Of a stretch of 64,000 nucleotides of DNA, positions 28,391-40,600 are shown piece by piece. Each line of letters begins with the position of its first letter. Positions within the stretch are counted from its first letter, which is position 1. The DNA comes from the human T2T-CHM13v2.0 reference genome, Homo sapiens. The stretch lies in assembly GCF_009914755.1 (NCBI RefSeq), contig NC_060927.1; one strand, written 5' to 3'. The position numbers were made by a program, and so were the translations under genes. The notes under the pieces were generated by a model, which was given only the letters and a program-made list of their open reading frames with translations, was not told where the DNA came from and searched no databases.

Positions 28391-29269
28391 TGAGTGTTTT
28401 CTCTTTTTTCACCCCTTTAAAAAATCTTCTTTTGAATTCAGGATTCCTTTTCCCCATATGTTTTTATGGTGAATGAGAATATCGGCTTAGGGTCTACTCT
28501 GTTCATCTCTTGAAAACGACATTATACTTTTTCTTCTAAAAAATGATACAAAGAGAATCCCCAGCCTTTTCCCCCTCTCCCTGTGGCTACAGTTTTCCCA
28601 TCATTTTAAAAGGTTATTTCTTTTCTTCATAGCACAATGTGGTGGGATGAAGGGGAAATGGTTTAGAAAATTTTAAATTGATGTATCTTATTTGTTTCCC
28701 CCAGTTATATTGAAAAGAAGAAAATCTCTCCAGTTTCAGAAACACTGGCCTTTTGGATACTGAGGAGTTGGAAATGGAAAGGGGATTTTAATGAGTTTCT
28801 CGGCAATGAGGCTAGAGAAAATATTATCCATCTCCCCCTGTTCTCCAATTCAGCAGCTCGGACTCCTGTTTTCATCACAGTCCTGTTAGATAATTACAGC
28901 CCCAAAGGCCTCCTGTTCCTTCTTTCTGTGTTCCCTGAATCTTCTTTCCCAGAGCCAGGACCTCTTGGAAATTCTCAGCCTCTGTTAGTTGCCCGCTCTG
29001 GGAGCCCCACTCCTCACATCCGTCATCTCTTTCTTCTCCCCCTTCACCTGCTGTAGTGTCCCCACTGTCTCTCTTTACCTCAGCTCCTTACCATTCCTTT
29101 CCCTCTACACCCTTTTCCTTTGGTTCATAGTCAGGATGTGCTAGTTGCATTCAAGCCCTTTTTGATACTAAGAATTCAGGGGGACAAATCCAAACCCTGG
29201 AGACTACTGTCTTCCCCTTAGTGATGCTAATGAATATAATTCCTGATCTGAAATTACCTGCACTTTATT

Positions 29270-29500
29270 TGGCTCCATCTACTTTTCTGCCACTTACTCC
29301 CTGTATAACCATAGGCTACGTACCCTACCTCTCTCTGGGTTTTTTTTACTCCTCAGTTAAAAGGAGGATTAAAATGGCAATCACAACACCTTGCTACAGA
29401 TACGTTAGGAAGATTAAATGGGATAACATGCAGGGTGCCTAGCCTTCCTGGCATATAGTAAATGCCTATAAAATATAACAAGTGTCATGTATTATTATTA
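29270..29500 (+). mobile_element. MIR
   Basis: CCACTTACTCCCTGTATAACC...GAAGATTAAATGGGATAA...CCTGGCATATAGTA. Confidence 0.72.
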
Positions 29501-29796
29501 AATTGTATCTACCTGGTAGAAACTAATGGAGTGGACTACTTTATTAATTTAGATTTCTCTCTTTTTCCTTTCCTATGATATTTAAGCTGGAAAACCCAGT
29601 ATAGTTTAAAAAATCAGTTGTTCAGTCATTGTTTATACAATCTAGATTCACTTAAATAATCTCTCCAGTTTTTATGTAGACCCAATGACATGCAGAATAA
29701 TAAACTAAGGGAGAGGGTTTGGTCCACACCTTCAGGGTCAGAAAACAGAGTTTTAACCCAGATAGAATGGTGAAAGGGCTTATAAGAAATTACTGA

Positions 29797-30446
<650 letters not shown>

Positions 30447-31334
30447 TACCTGGGGCTTTAGAAGTTTAGAGCTTAGAGAAACACTTGAGAGCTTTGAGGT
30501 CACCCTCCCATTTCCAGATTAAAAAAAAAAAATCAAGGGCCAGGAACAGCAAAGTGTCATGGTTAAGGTCACACAGGGGACGGTGGCAGAGAAAAGTCAT
30601 TTGGGGCCTACCTTTATGTAGGCTACACTTCCCTATGCTGCCAGAACAATGAATGAGAAAAGGAAACATTTAGTCCATTGTTTTGGGCCTTCTTTTGATA
30701 CTGAATGCTTTTGTTTTTGTGCCTGTACACATGCGAAGCCTCTGGTGGAATGGTCTGTGGGCACTGTGACAGACAAGCAGCACTATTAATACTGGTGGCT
30801 CAAAGTAATGACTGCCTGTGTGTTGACTGCCTATGCTATGCCGGGGGCTTTGTGTTCATATCATTCCATCTTTACTAGTTACTACAACTCTTCAGGGTAA
30901 TGTGATTCTACCTTGCGGATCCAGGAGACTAAGTACCCGGCCCACCGTCCTTACAGACCCAGGTGCATATTGAGAACTGTGTGTCTGCAGAGAATATGCA
31001 CTTTTTCCTGTGTCATGCTGCTTAATCCATGCTCAGAACTGACTTCCTGAGAAAGTGACAAGGAGAGAAGGAGAGTGTGAGAGGACAAGGCCCAGAACAA
31101 GAGGGTAAAGATGTTTGGAAGAATCAATTCGGGAAGACTTCCTGGGAGACGAAGTTTTGTAAAGAGTTGAGGGTAAGTCTGTACGGGGGCATGGAAAAAC
31201 AAGTCTAGTTTACAAATGTGTCTTTTTACTGCCTCGTATTCAGTTTCTGTGTCAAATGTTTAAAAAGGCTCGCTGTGTTTATTTAAAAATATAAAACCAG
31301 GCAAGACTGGCTTTTTCACTCAGCATAATTTCTT

Positions 31335-31680
31335 TCATTTACGTGACATTCTTGAAAAGATAAAAGTATGGTGATGAAGAAAAGATCACTGGTTGCTGAG
31401 GGTTGAGAACTAGGGGAAGGTGTGACCAACAAATGGGTCACACCAGGAAATTTTTGAGGCCTTAGAACTGTTCTGCATCCTGATTGTAATAATGGTTGCA
31501 TGAATCTACCCCCATGTTAAAATTTGTAGGACTGTCAATTGCATTGTATCTTATTTTTTCAAATTTATTTATTTTAAATTGACATACAAAATATGTATTT
31601 ATCATGTACAACTTGATGTTTTGAAGTATACATACATTTTGTATATACATTTTTTAAATAAAACGAAATTATAAAACAAG
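31335..31680 (+). mobile_element. Old L1M 3' fragment, with a short minus-strand L1MA-like end at ~31560-31650
   Basis: CATTTACGTGACATTCTTGAAAAG...ATCACTGGTTGCTGAGGGTT; TTTTAAATTGACATACAAAATATGTATTTATCATGTACAAC. Confidence 0.65.
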
Positions 31681-32139
31681 GCACAGAAACATATTGAAGA
31701 ACAGTTGGGCTGTATTCACGGTGATGGGGAAGTATCTCATTAAATCAGCCCCTCTTCAGTATGTCACCTGGTGCCTCTCATAGTATAGACCTGATTTCCA
31801 GCTAACAACTGAACTTCTCAGGGTACCAGCCGAGGGCTAGGGGCTTATCCCTTATAATTCTAGGTTCCAACTCTTCTGTGGGCCCCTTTGTTCACTCCAT
31901 CTGAGGCAGTAGGGATGGATGGACAAGGAAAGGAGGGGGATCACATTTGGGTGGGAATGTACATCTTGCTAACAATGTTTTTTTTTTATTTTTTTTAAGA
32001 GGCCTTGCTATCGTCCCAGAGTATGGATGACATTTCCCCTAAACCTATTATCTCATGAAATTAAGTACAGATAAAGAAATTCTCTAAGACGGAATGTTAT
32101 TCTAATGTAGCATTAAACCCTCTTGCAACCATAATAGCA

Positions 32140-32380
32140 ACTGCTACCATTTACTGAGAGCCTTCTCACGGGATCAGGCATTTTACCTACATGTGCTGCC
32201 TCTGTTCTTCCTCACAACCATCCTATTGAGAAGTTTGTCATTTCCTCATTGCTCATGTGAGGAAATAAGAGCTGATAACTTTGAACACAGTTAGAAGGCT
32301 AATCCTTGGCAGAGCAGGGATTTTAATCTAGGTCTCAGACTCCAAGTGTTGGTGTCCTTCCTGTCACTTCCACTGGCCAT
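32140..32380 (-). mobile_element. MIR
   Basis: CATTTACTGAGAGCC...CCTCACAACCATCCTAT...ATGTGAGGAAA. Confidence 0.7.
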
Positions 32381-32879
32381 TTCAGCTGGGGTCATCCAGG
32401 TCTACTGAGGAGACTGCCCTGCCCCACCTCTCCTCCTCCTCCTCACTCACCACTACAGGCAACCTCATTTCCCAACCTGCCCACTTAGACTCCTCACCCC
32501 AGATCTTACCTTTACAACCTGTCCCCACTGTCACCCAGCCTCTTAAGAGGTTTGTCCCTGCTTTGACTCCGTCTATTCCCAGCCCTCCCATTCTTCCCCT
32601 TTATGCTCTTGGAACTATCACCAGTAGCTTGGAAACCGGGAGGATACACGAAGTCAGGAGAAGATGAGCTCCTGGCACTCCACATGGTCAGCCACACTTA
32701 TCCTTACAGACCTTGTTATAAAGGGTGGTCAGGCAGCATAAGCTGTTGGCTGATCAGACCATTACTCTTTTTCTCTTCATTCATAGATATGAGTGTTGGA
32801 GGGAACCTCAGCCCTTATCTTGTCTAAGTTGTAGGAATTGCCAAGACCTTGGTGGGCTGACTTGGGAATCCAGTCATCA

Positions 32880-33500
32880 TGCAGAGCTGTGATCCTCACA
32901 GTGTGTGCACCAGCATCAACTGGGAGCTTGTTAGAAATGCAGATTCTCAAGCCCCTGCCCAGATTTACTGAATCAAAAATTCTGGGGGTGGGGCCCAGCA
33001 ATCTGGGTTTTAACAAGGCCTCCACGGGTGCTTCTGAAGCATGGTACGTTTGGGATTTACTGATCTAGACCAATGCTTCTCAGACTTTAATGTACATAAA
33101 AATGCCAAAGAGTCGGTTGCCAGATTTAGCAAATAAAAATACAGGTGTACTTATGGAATATGCTTATACTAAACAAATGCATTGTTTATCTGAAATTCAA
33201 ATTTAATTGGGTGCCCTGTATTTTATCTGTCAACCCTACCTGAGTATTTTTTTAAATGCAGCTTCTGATTCAGTAGGTCGAAGGTGAATCCTGAGATTCA
33301 GTATTTCTGACAAGCTCCCAGGTGACGGATGCCCAAGCTGCCAGACGCACTGAGAGCAAGGATCTAGAGCTACTTGTTACATGCAGATCCTGAAACTCTC
33401 TCTCAACCTACTGAGTCAGGTTGTCCCAGGGAGACACTGATTTAGAATGTTGTAACCAAGGGACCATGCGTTCTGAGTCACAAACATCCCATTTACAAAC
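32880..33500. mobile_element. Cluster of MER5-type hAT-Charlie MITEs (about three copies or fragments)
   Basis: CTGGGAGCTTGTTAGAAATGCAGATTCTC...ACTGAATCA and the complementary CTGATTCAGTAGGT...TTTCTGACAAGCTCCCAGGTGA. Confidence 0.82.
33113..33238. mobile_element. MER53 palindromic hAT MITE, internally deleted, nested in MER5
   Basis: Termini GGTTGCCAGATTTAGCAAATAAAAATACAGG and CCTGTATTTTATCTGTCAACCCT; internal TTTATCTGAAATTCAAATTTAA. Confidence 0.85.
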
Positions 33501-33754
33501 TGTAAGTTCAGGATTCACACATAGGTGAGACTCTGCATACACAGTAGTGGAGATAACCAAGAATGGGGTGGTTTTGCTGAGAGGCAGGGAGGAAAAGAGA
33601 AAAGTGCTGAGGTAGATGACCAACTCACTGTGGGAGTGGAGGACCCAGGAAATAGGAGGCTTGTTGCAACTCTGGGAAGGAGTAAAACGTGGGGCTGCCT
33701 GTCCCCCAGGACCCCAAAACACAAGCAACACCTCCATGTGCAAGATGCTAATAG

Positions 33755-33960
33755 GCACATTTATTGAGCCTCTCCTGTGTTGAGAAACTCCAGGTGATAT
33801 CTCATTTCAGTTTATTCTCAAGCAATACTTTGAAATTGAAATTCTTTACCCCATTGAGAAGATGAAGAACCCAAGGCTCAGAAAGTGCTAAGATCATACA
33901 GCTAGCAAAACCTGGAGTCAGGATTTGAACACAGGTCTGCTCTCAAAGCCTCTCTCCACT
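33755..33960 (-). mobile_element. MIR
   Basis: CATTTATTGAGC...AGATGAAGAACCCAAGGCTCAGAAAG...GGATTTGAACACAGG. Confidence 0.75.
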
Positions 33961-34889
33961 GCCTCATGTCTCTCTCTGCTGATGCTCATTCTGTGGTAGC
34001 TATTGAAGCACAATGGTGGTTCCAGGAGACAAGTGGCCACTGTCCTCTACAGCTGCAGCAGCAGATTCCTTTCCTTATGGCATCTGCCTTCAACACCCTC
34101 CCACCTGGGCCTCTCCATTCCATCACATGATGCTCAGATCATGACCTGCACAGACTCAGCATGCTCGGTGACTCACCTATGGCTTGTTTCTCTCCAGAAG
34201 TGTACCCCACATGTTGGAAGCTACTAAAGAGGGCCTGACCACCTGCTTCATTAGGCCCATTAGCTTTCTTCTTTTGCAGGAGCCAGATTTGTCATGTATT
34301 TATTCTTGATGCATTTTTTTTCCTTTGATCTTCCAGAACAGCCACTTCAATTTAGGTTTCTACCTGGACATGATAAAATTCCAAGCATGTTCTCACCCCC
34401 ATCCCAGGTTTCAAGGTGTATTAGTTTAAAGAATTCCTCTCCATCTGAGGAAATGTTATTGTCTGAGCAATACCAGAGTTGGAGGTCCCAGACTCACTGA
34501 GGGTAAGATGTTAGAATTTCAAACTCTTAATCCTATTGATTCCAAGTCCTTTTGATCTTTTCAACACCTGTCAGGAGAGTTGAGTTTATATAATTGGGGG
34601 GAGGGTGACTGATTGGCTCTGGTTTTATTACGACCTGTTTGTGCCATTTAATTAATAATAAAAACAGCTGCCAGCTGCCGAACCACTTGAGGACATCTTT
34701 GCAGCTTCTGCTTTTCCAAAAGCTCAGGCAATTATTTGGGTTTCAGGAAGGTGACTGAATCAGATCATCAGCCTGGGATGGATTTTGTTTTGCCTTTAAG
34801 CAACCTCCATTCGTCCTTTGTAGAGTCCATAAGTGAATTGAAGAACCAAGAAACACACAGCTCTTTTCAAGGACAGGAAAGGGGAAGAA

Positions 34890-35110
34890 AAGTACTATTT
34901 CCTGAGTGTTTAGGTTGTGCCAGGCACTTAACTCGCTTAATCCTTTCAACAGCTTTGAGTCGTAGATCTTATTATCCCCATTTTACAGATTAGAGAGTCT
35001 AGCCTCAGAGGTTAAGAAACATGCCCCAAGTTCAAACAGCCAGAAAATGACAAGGCTGGGATAAGAACTCGTCTGTCTGATTTCAAAGTCATTGTGTTTT
35101 CACGCTGTGT
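34890..35110 (-). mobile_element. MIR
   Basis: ATTATCCCCATTTTACAGATTAGAGAG...GCCTCAGAGGTTAAG. Confidence 0.82.
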
Positions 35111-35334
35111 AGGTTGAAGAATTTCTTAATGCATCCTGAAAAGTAAGAAAACTTGTTTGGTTCTGTTTTGTTGTTTCTGCATTTTTTAAATGAATAAAAT
35201 GTGCTGTTTAAAAGTCCTAGGTTCTCACTCAACCAAATGTGAAGACTCATTAAAAGCTCTGCTAAGTAAGTGAGAAATATAAATAGGTCAGTGAAATGAT
35301 ATAGGAATCTTGAGAAACAGCTCAATGAAAATCA

Positions 35335-37650
35335 GTCAGGGAAGTGATAGACTAATAAATGGTGTTGGGAACTGACTTTCAATATTAAAATAAAGCTAAG
35401 TTCCTATCTCATCTCATACACAAAAACAAATTCCAGATGGCTGAAGTATCTAAAGCTTAAAAGAGAAAAAATTAAACATTTAAAATTATTAGAAAAAAAT
35501 AGAATATCTTAGGGCAGAGAAGACATCAAAAAATAGAAATAATAATGGAAAACATAAATAAACTTAGCTACCTCAAAATTTATAAATTTGTAAATTTTGT
35601 AAAACAAAAAAACCCAGCTTACAAAGTTAAAAGAAAAGTAGCCTGAGAGAAGATATTAGCAAGACTTACAACAGTCAAGATTAGTATTGAGAATGTATTA
35701 AGAAAGAAATTTTTAAAAAACTCCTACAAATCAATACCCAAAGACAGACAACCTAGTAGATAAATGGGCAAAGATTATAGAACAAGAAGTTCACAGAAAA
35801 GAAACCCACACCCTCAGAATGAACAAATAAAAAAGTGTTCAACCCAACAGGGAAATAACAGCAAAAATAACACAATTGGCAAAAATTAAATAATATATCC
35901 TTGTTATGTATGAGTGAGAATATAGGCTAATGGAAATGTTCACAAATTACTGGTATCAGTATAAATTTGTACAGACATCATGGAAATTATTTTGGCAGTA
36001 TCAGGTAAAAATTGACAATGTGTATCACCACCCAGGAACCCGCTTCTAGACATATCTAACAAAGAAATTCTTATGCAAGTGTAGGGCCAGCTTCATGGAC
36101 ACAGAGTTCTGCCCTCAGAAGGGCCCTGTGCTTGGTTTAATGCTCTGCTTTCACTGTCTTGAAGTTCTTAATCGTTTTACTTTTGAACTTGTGCTTTTAA
36201 GTGGTGTTTGCTGGGGCACTGCAGCATGTCATGAATGGAGGAGATGGGTGCAATATGCATGTCAGCCACATCTTGCTGCCCTGTTCATGTTAGTATTCAG
36301 GAAGCCCCACGAGCACAGAATCCCAGTGGACCCATGAAGTGTGGGAGTTCAACAGGACTCAGGGCAAGAACAAAGTAAGTATGTTATGTCTTCAGCTGAG
36401 TAAGTGGGGAGGTAAATACTCGAAGAGGCCACTCTTTCCCTTTGAACTAGAACTTGCTTCAAATGCAGAAACACGGACTGGCGAACCGAAAACTACAAAC
36501 AACCAAGGAACCCTGTTGTACTTTTTCTAACTCATGTTCTTCCTGTATTTGCCAACCACTTATACTGAAAATGACAGCAGAGAAGGAAAGGGAAAGATTG
36601 GACATCTCACAATCCCTTTTTCTTTCACTCCTTCCTTATTCATCAGTAAGCCAAAGGTAGAGTGTTGGTAGACTGTGCATGAGTCAAGAAATGAAATAAA
36701 AACAGTTGGGTTCGTTTTGCAGCATTTCAACTCCTCTGGTGAGAATGAAATACATACACATTTAGGAGCTGCGAAATGCAAGTTGTATCATTTCCATGAT
36801 TTTACATACAAGTTAAATATGCTTATATTTGCATTTAAAACAGGTATTGAACAATATAAAAATGAAAGGTAAGATTTATGATAATAGCTTACATTTTTAA
36901 TTTTTCTTAGAACAACATTAGGACGACAAATAAAAAAACACCACCATGACAAGTCAAGAGCGAGATCATGGAAGAAGGAAAAAACCTTAGCTTTTATACC
37001 TTTAATGGCACTTTTTTCCTATATTTTGAACAGAAGGGCCAGCTTCATTTTGCACTGGGTCCACAAATTATGTAGCCAGCCCTATGCATTTGCACAAGGA
37101 AACATGAACAAGAATGTCCATTTTAGCATAATTGTAGAGGTTAAAAAGAAGGAAAATAATCCAATGTCCAAGAATAGGAACATGGAGAGATTACGATATA
37201 GTCTATAGGATGGACTACTGCATGGCAGTATTAAGTATATTAAATAAATTAACCAAATCCATAGGTACATAGAAGGAGATAAAAAAATTGAGAAGAAATT
37301 CAAGCCGAAGATCATTACAAGATATAAGAGCATGCATCTATGTAATTTTATAAAACACCCCAAAATTCATTATTTATGAACACATTTATATATATGGTAA
37401 AGTATAAACTCATCCACCAGGCACACACCAAATTCATGACAGTGATTTTATTTAGGGAGAGAAAAAGAGAATGTCACCAAGATGAAGAAAATGGAGGATT
37501 TCATATTTAATTTTAATCTTTTATTTCTTAAAAAATTTTTATAAGAAAATGTTTAGTGCTGAATTTTATAACAAAATGTTTCGTGCTGAATGCATGAGTT
37601 TGACATGCTGTTCTTAATGCTCTCTATATTTTTTAATTAAAAAAACTCCT
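35335..37650 (+). mobile_element. Ancient L1M (L1MC/ME-like) ORF2 end and 3'UTR, split by MER45
   Basis: AATAAATGGTGTTGGGA, TCATACACAAAAACAAATTCCAGATGG, TAGATAAATGGGCAAAG; continues after 37085 with CACAAGGAAACATGAACAAGAATGT. Confidence 0.78.
36082..37084 (+). mobile_element. MER45-family (MER45B/C-size) hAT-Tip100 DNA transposon
   Basis: Imperfect TIRs TAGGGCCAGCTTCAT / ATGTAGCCAGCCCTA; CTCAGAAGGGCCCTGTGCTTGGTTTAATGCTCTGCT; degenerate 8-bp TSD TGCAAGTG / TGCATTTG. Confidence 0.85.
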
Positions 37651-40600
37651 AATTTAAATAAAGTAGACCAGCCATTCCTTCCACTATCCCTCCATTCCAA
37701 GCACAATTTCTATAAAGCAGAAAGAAAATTTGGTGAGAATGCAGAGGGGAGCCCTCCATGCATATGTTTCTTTGAACAGGATACTAAAACATGATTTTAC
37801 CTACTTATCAATATGAGAGAGATGGCAGAGAGGCCTGGAGTAAATCTCCTCAATGTTTGCGAATGAAAGTTATGCACAGACCGTTGGCTAATCATCGGAT
37901 TGGCACAGAAAGACCCCGGTTTCCAGAGTAATGTTGATTTTTAACTCTCTTAAATTGACTTTTTAAAAAATGCATGTGACTTTTATGTCCTGAATTTGCT
38001 AATAAGTCAGACCTTTGGAATCTTCCATTACCTTCTGGAGGATGGTTACATTCTTGGCCCTGGACCAAACAAGAGCACAGTGGTGATTTACTGACGCATG
38101 CAGCCCCGCAGTCCTGGCTCACACACAGAGCTGTAATAGCTCTTTAAACTCTGAGGGCTTGAGTTCCAATTCATTTACCATAAGCACAATATAACATGGA
38201 AATTATTTTGGCTGCAGAGGCAAATGTAGCCCATTCATGTATAAAACCATTGCAATAAAAGGAAAAGAAACTTAATCTAGGAAAGTGATGCCTGTTTTTG
38301 GTTTCTTTTCTAATTCTCTTTCTTTCTAGATGCTGGCTCGTTACTGGGAATTTGGCTGCTATTTGAGGCCTGGCCCTCTTAAGAGCAACACAGTGCTGGT
38401 AATAGTCCCTGGAAGGTGACTTTCTCAAGCTCAGCCCAATTATCCATTTTTATTCTGGCCACTAATCTTTAACTCCATCCCATCCACTAATCCATTCCCC
38501 CATGAGCAAACAATGCACAGGTAAGTAACAGGGGACCTCCATGACACTTTTAATTGAAATAGCACTTAATCCACAACCTGCACCGCTGTCACTTTTCTAC
38601 CCATACCTCAAGACTTGGCAAGGATGAAACATGACTTGTATTTGAAGAATACAAAATTCAAGTATCTCTTCTGTGGAAAGTAGAAAGAGAAAAAAACCTC
38701 TCTATAAAAGCTAGATGGCATTTGGAATTATTTTAATAACTCACCCACAACTCCTATTTTATCCAAGTTGGTTACAAAGACAGAATTAATCTTTTCAGAA
38801 TAATTTATAATATTTATTCTAATTTACATAAGAAATAATAAATATTCACAAAATTATAAAAGTCTCTGTCACTGACATTTGTAGACAATCACAATTGATC
38901 TGAAGTGTCTTCACACTAACTGTTCACTCCATGGAGTGGTTGTAGCCAAGGTAGGATCGTTAGCAAATAAAGTTGGAGAAGCCATTTTGTGTCTCAAGGT
39001 GAGAATGACATGCTGAAGGGAGCTTGCTGAGTCAGGGCAACCTCCTCCAGTCTTATTGCTTTGCCTGTCCTATTACTTTGACTCTGATGGGTATGTGGTT
39101 AGGAACCTGGAATTTTATCAGCTTATATTATACTGTATCTGCACAAAAATCAATATACAATTAACTATTAATTATTTGGAGTCCTGTAAAGAAGAACTGA
39201 CAAAAATATTCTCCTGAAGAACCCGTAACCCTATCCATAAATCATTCATATTTGTCTTTGGAATATATGATATGATTTATATTTCAACCAATTTGCCTCA
39301 CTAATTGTGTATGATTTTGACTAACGCGAGAACTGTTTGCAGTCTGTGTAGGTAGCAAGTGGAGGAAGATAAGAAGTCTGTTAGATGGTGGGAGGAGGGG
39401 AGTCAGTCATGGAGAAACCACGTTTTTACCCTATGTAATCCATAAAGTTGATAATGTACAAAGTGGATGCTACTTGATAGAAAGAGTAAAGTTGATTTCC
39501 CTTTGCTTGCTTACAGCATTTTTTTTGTTCACTAACTCAAATCACTGCCAGGTGAGAAGGGAGAAGCAGGGGGACAGTTGTGACTTCTTTGTTTCCATTT
39601 TGCAGATTGCACTCAGGAATACAGGAGAGTTCTTAGCATGACTGAGACCATATAGCCATTTACTTGGAAGCTGAAGTTCCTGTCATGGATGTCCTAACAC
39701 CAAGCTCAGTTCTGCAGCAAAGCAAAAGTGTACTCACTGGGCAGACAGACACCGATTACAGGACTCTCTCTAGAGACACGGCCATACCCTGAATCTATTT
39801 ACTGCCCCCGAACATACTAGGCACCAGGCACTGTTTAGAGAGAAGCCCCATTGCTGCAATTGGAATAGCCCTGGCCTAGCAGGGCTATTCCTTGTCCCAT
39901 TGCAGATCATTATTTTCACTATACCTCATAAAATTAGCATTTTTAAATGTTACTAAATGGTATTTATACTTATTTTTAATACTGTGTAATGTTTCATCCA
40001 GTAGTTAGGTATACCTTAAATATCTAATCACTATTTTATCATCTGTTCAACATTTAATTTTTTCAATTTTTGAGAATTACAAATGCTACAAAGAATATTT
40101 TTGCAAATGGCTCTTTTTTTTTCTTTTTTTCGGGGGTTGTGGGTGGTACCAAACTATTTAAAGAAATGGTACAAATGAAAGAACTTATGTGTATGTTTTG
40201 GTATATGTGTTTCCCCCGCCCCCACCACCAAATTATTCTCTTAGAGTTATTCTCACTAGTGCTCTTACTAAGTCAAAGTCTAGAAAAATTTTTAAGTCCT
40301 TTTCATTTTGTTTTTTTTAAAGGGGTATGCCAATTTATAATGTCAATACTGAGTGTTGCTATTTTAAAATTTTAGTCTAACTTTATATAATACATTTTTA
40401 AGTACTTTCTTGATTTTTTTCTTTTGATTTTCTCAGTTCCAGCCCTGTCACATTCAGTGCCTCTGCTGTCACATTACTTGACCTAACCAGCCCCTGTCAA
40501 AGCAAGAAAGTTGCTGGGTTTTGCTGGTAACCCATCCCACTTAACCAAAAGGGCCCAGAAGTTTTTCTTCCTAGGATAAAAGCAGGACACTTCTTGTGGA

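Noticed and set aside
37537-37590. 27-bp tandem duplication (similar small ones at 6405-6436, 41009-41052, 51322-51375)
   Set aside because: Two-copy slippage duplications without unique spacers; not CRISPR-like and common in mammalian DNA.
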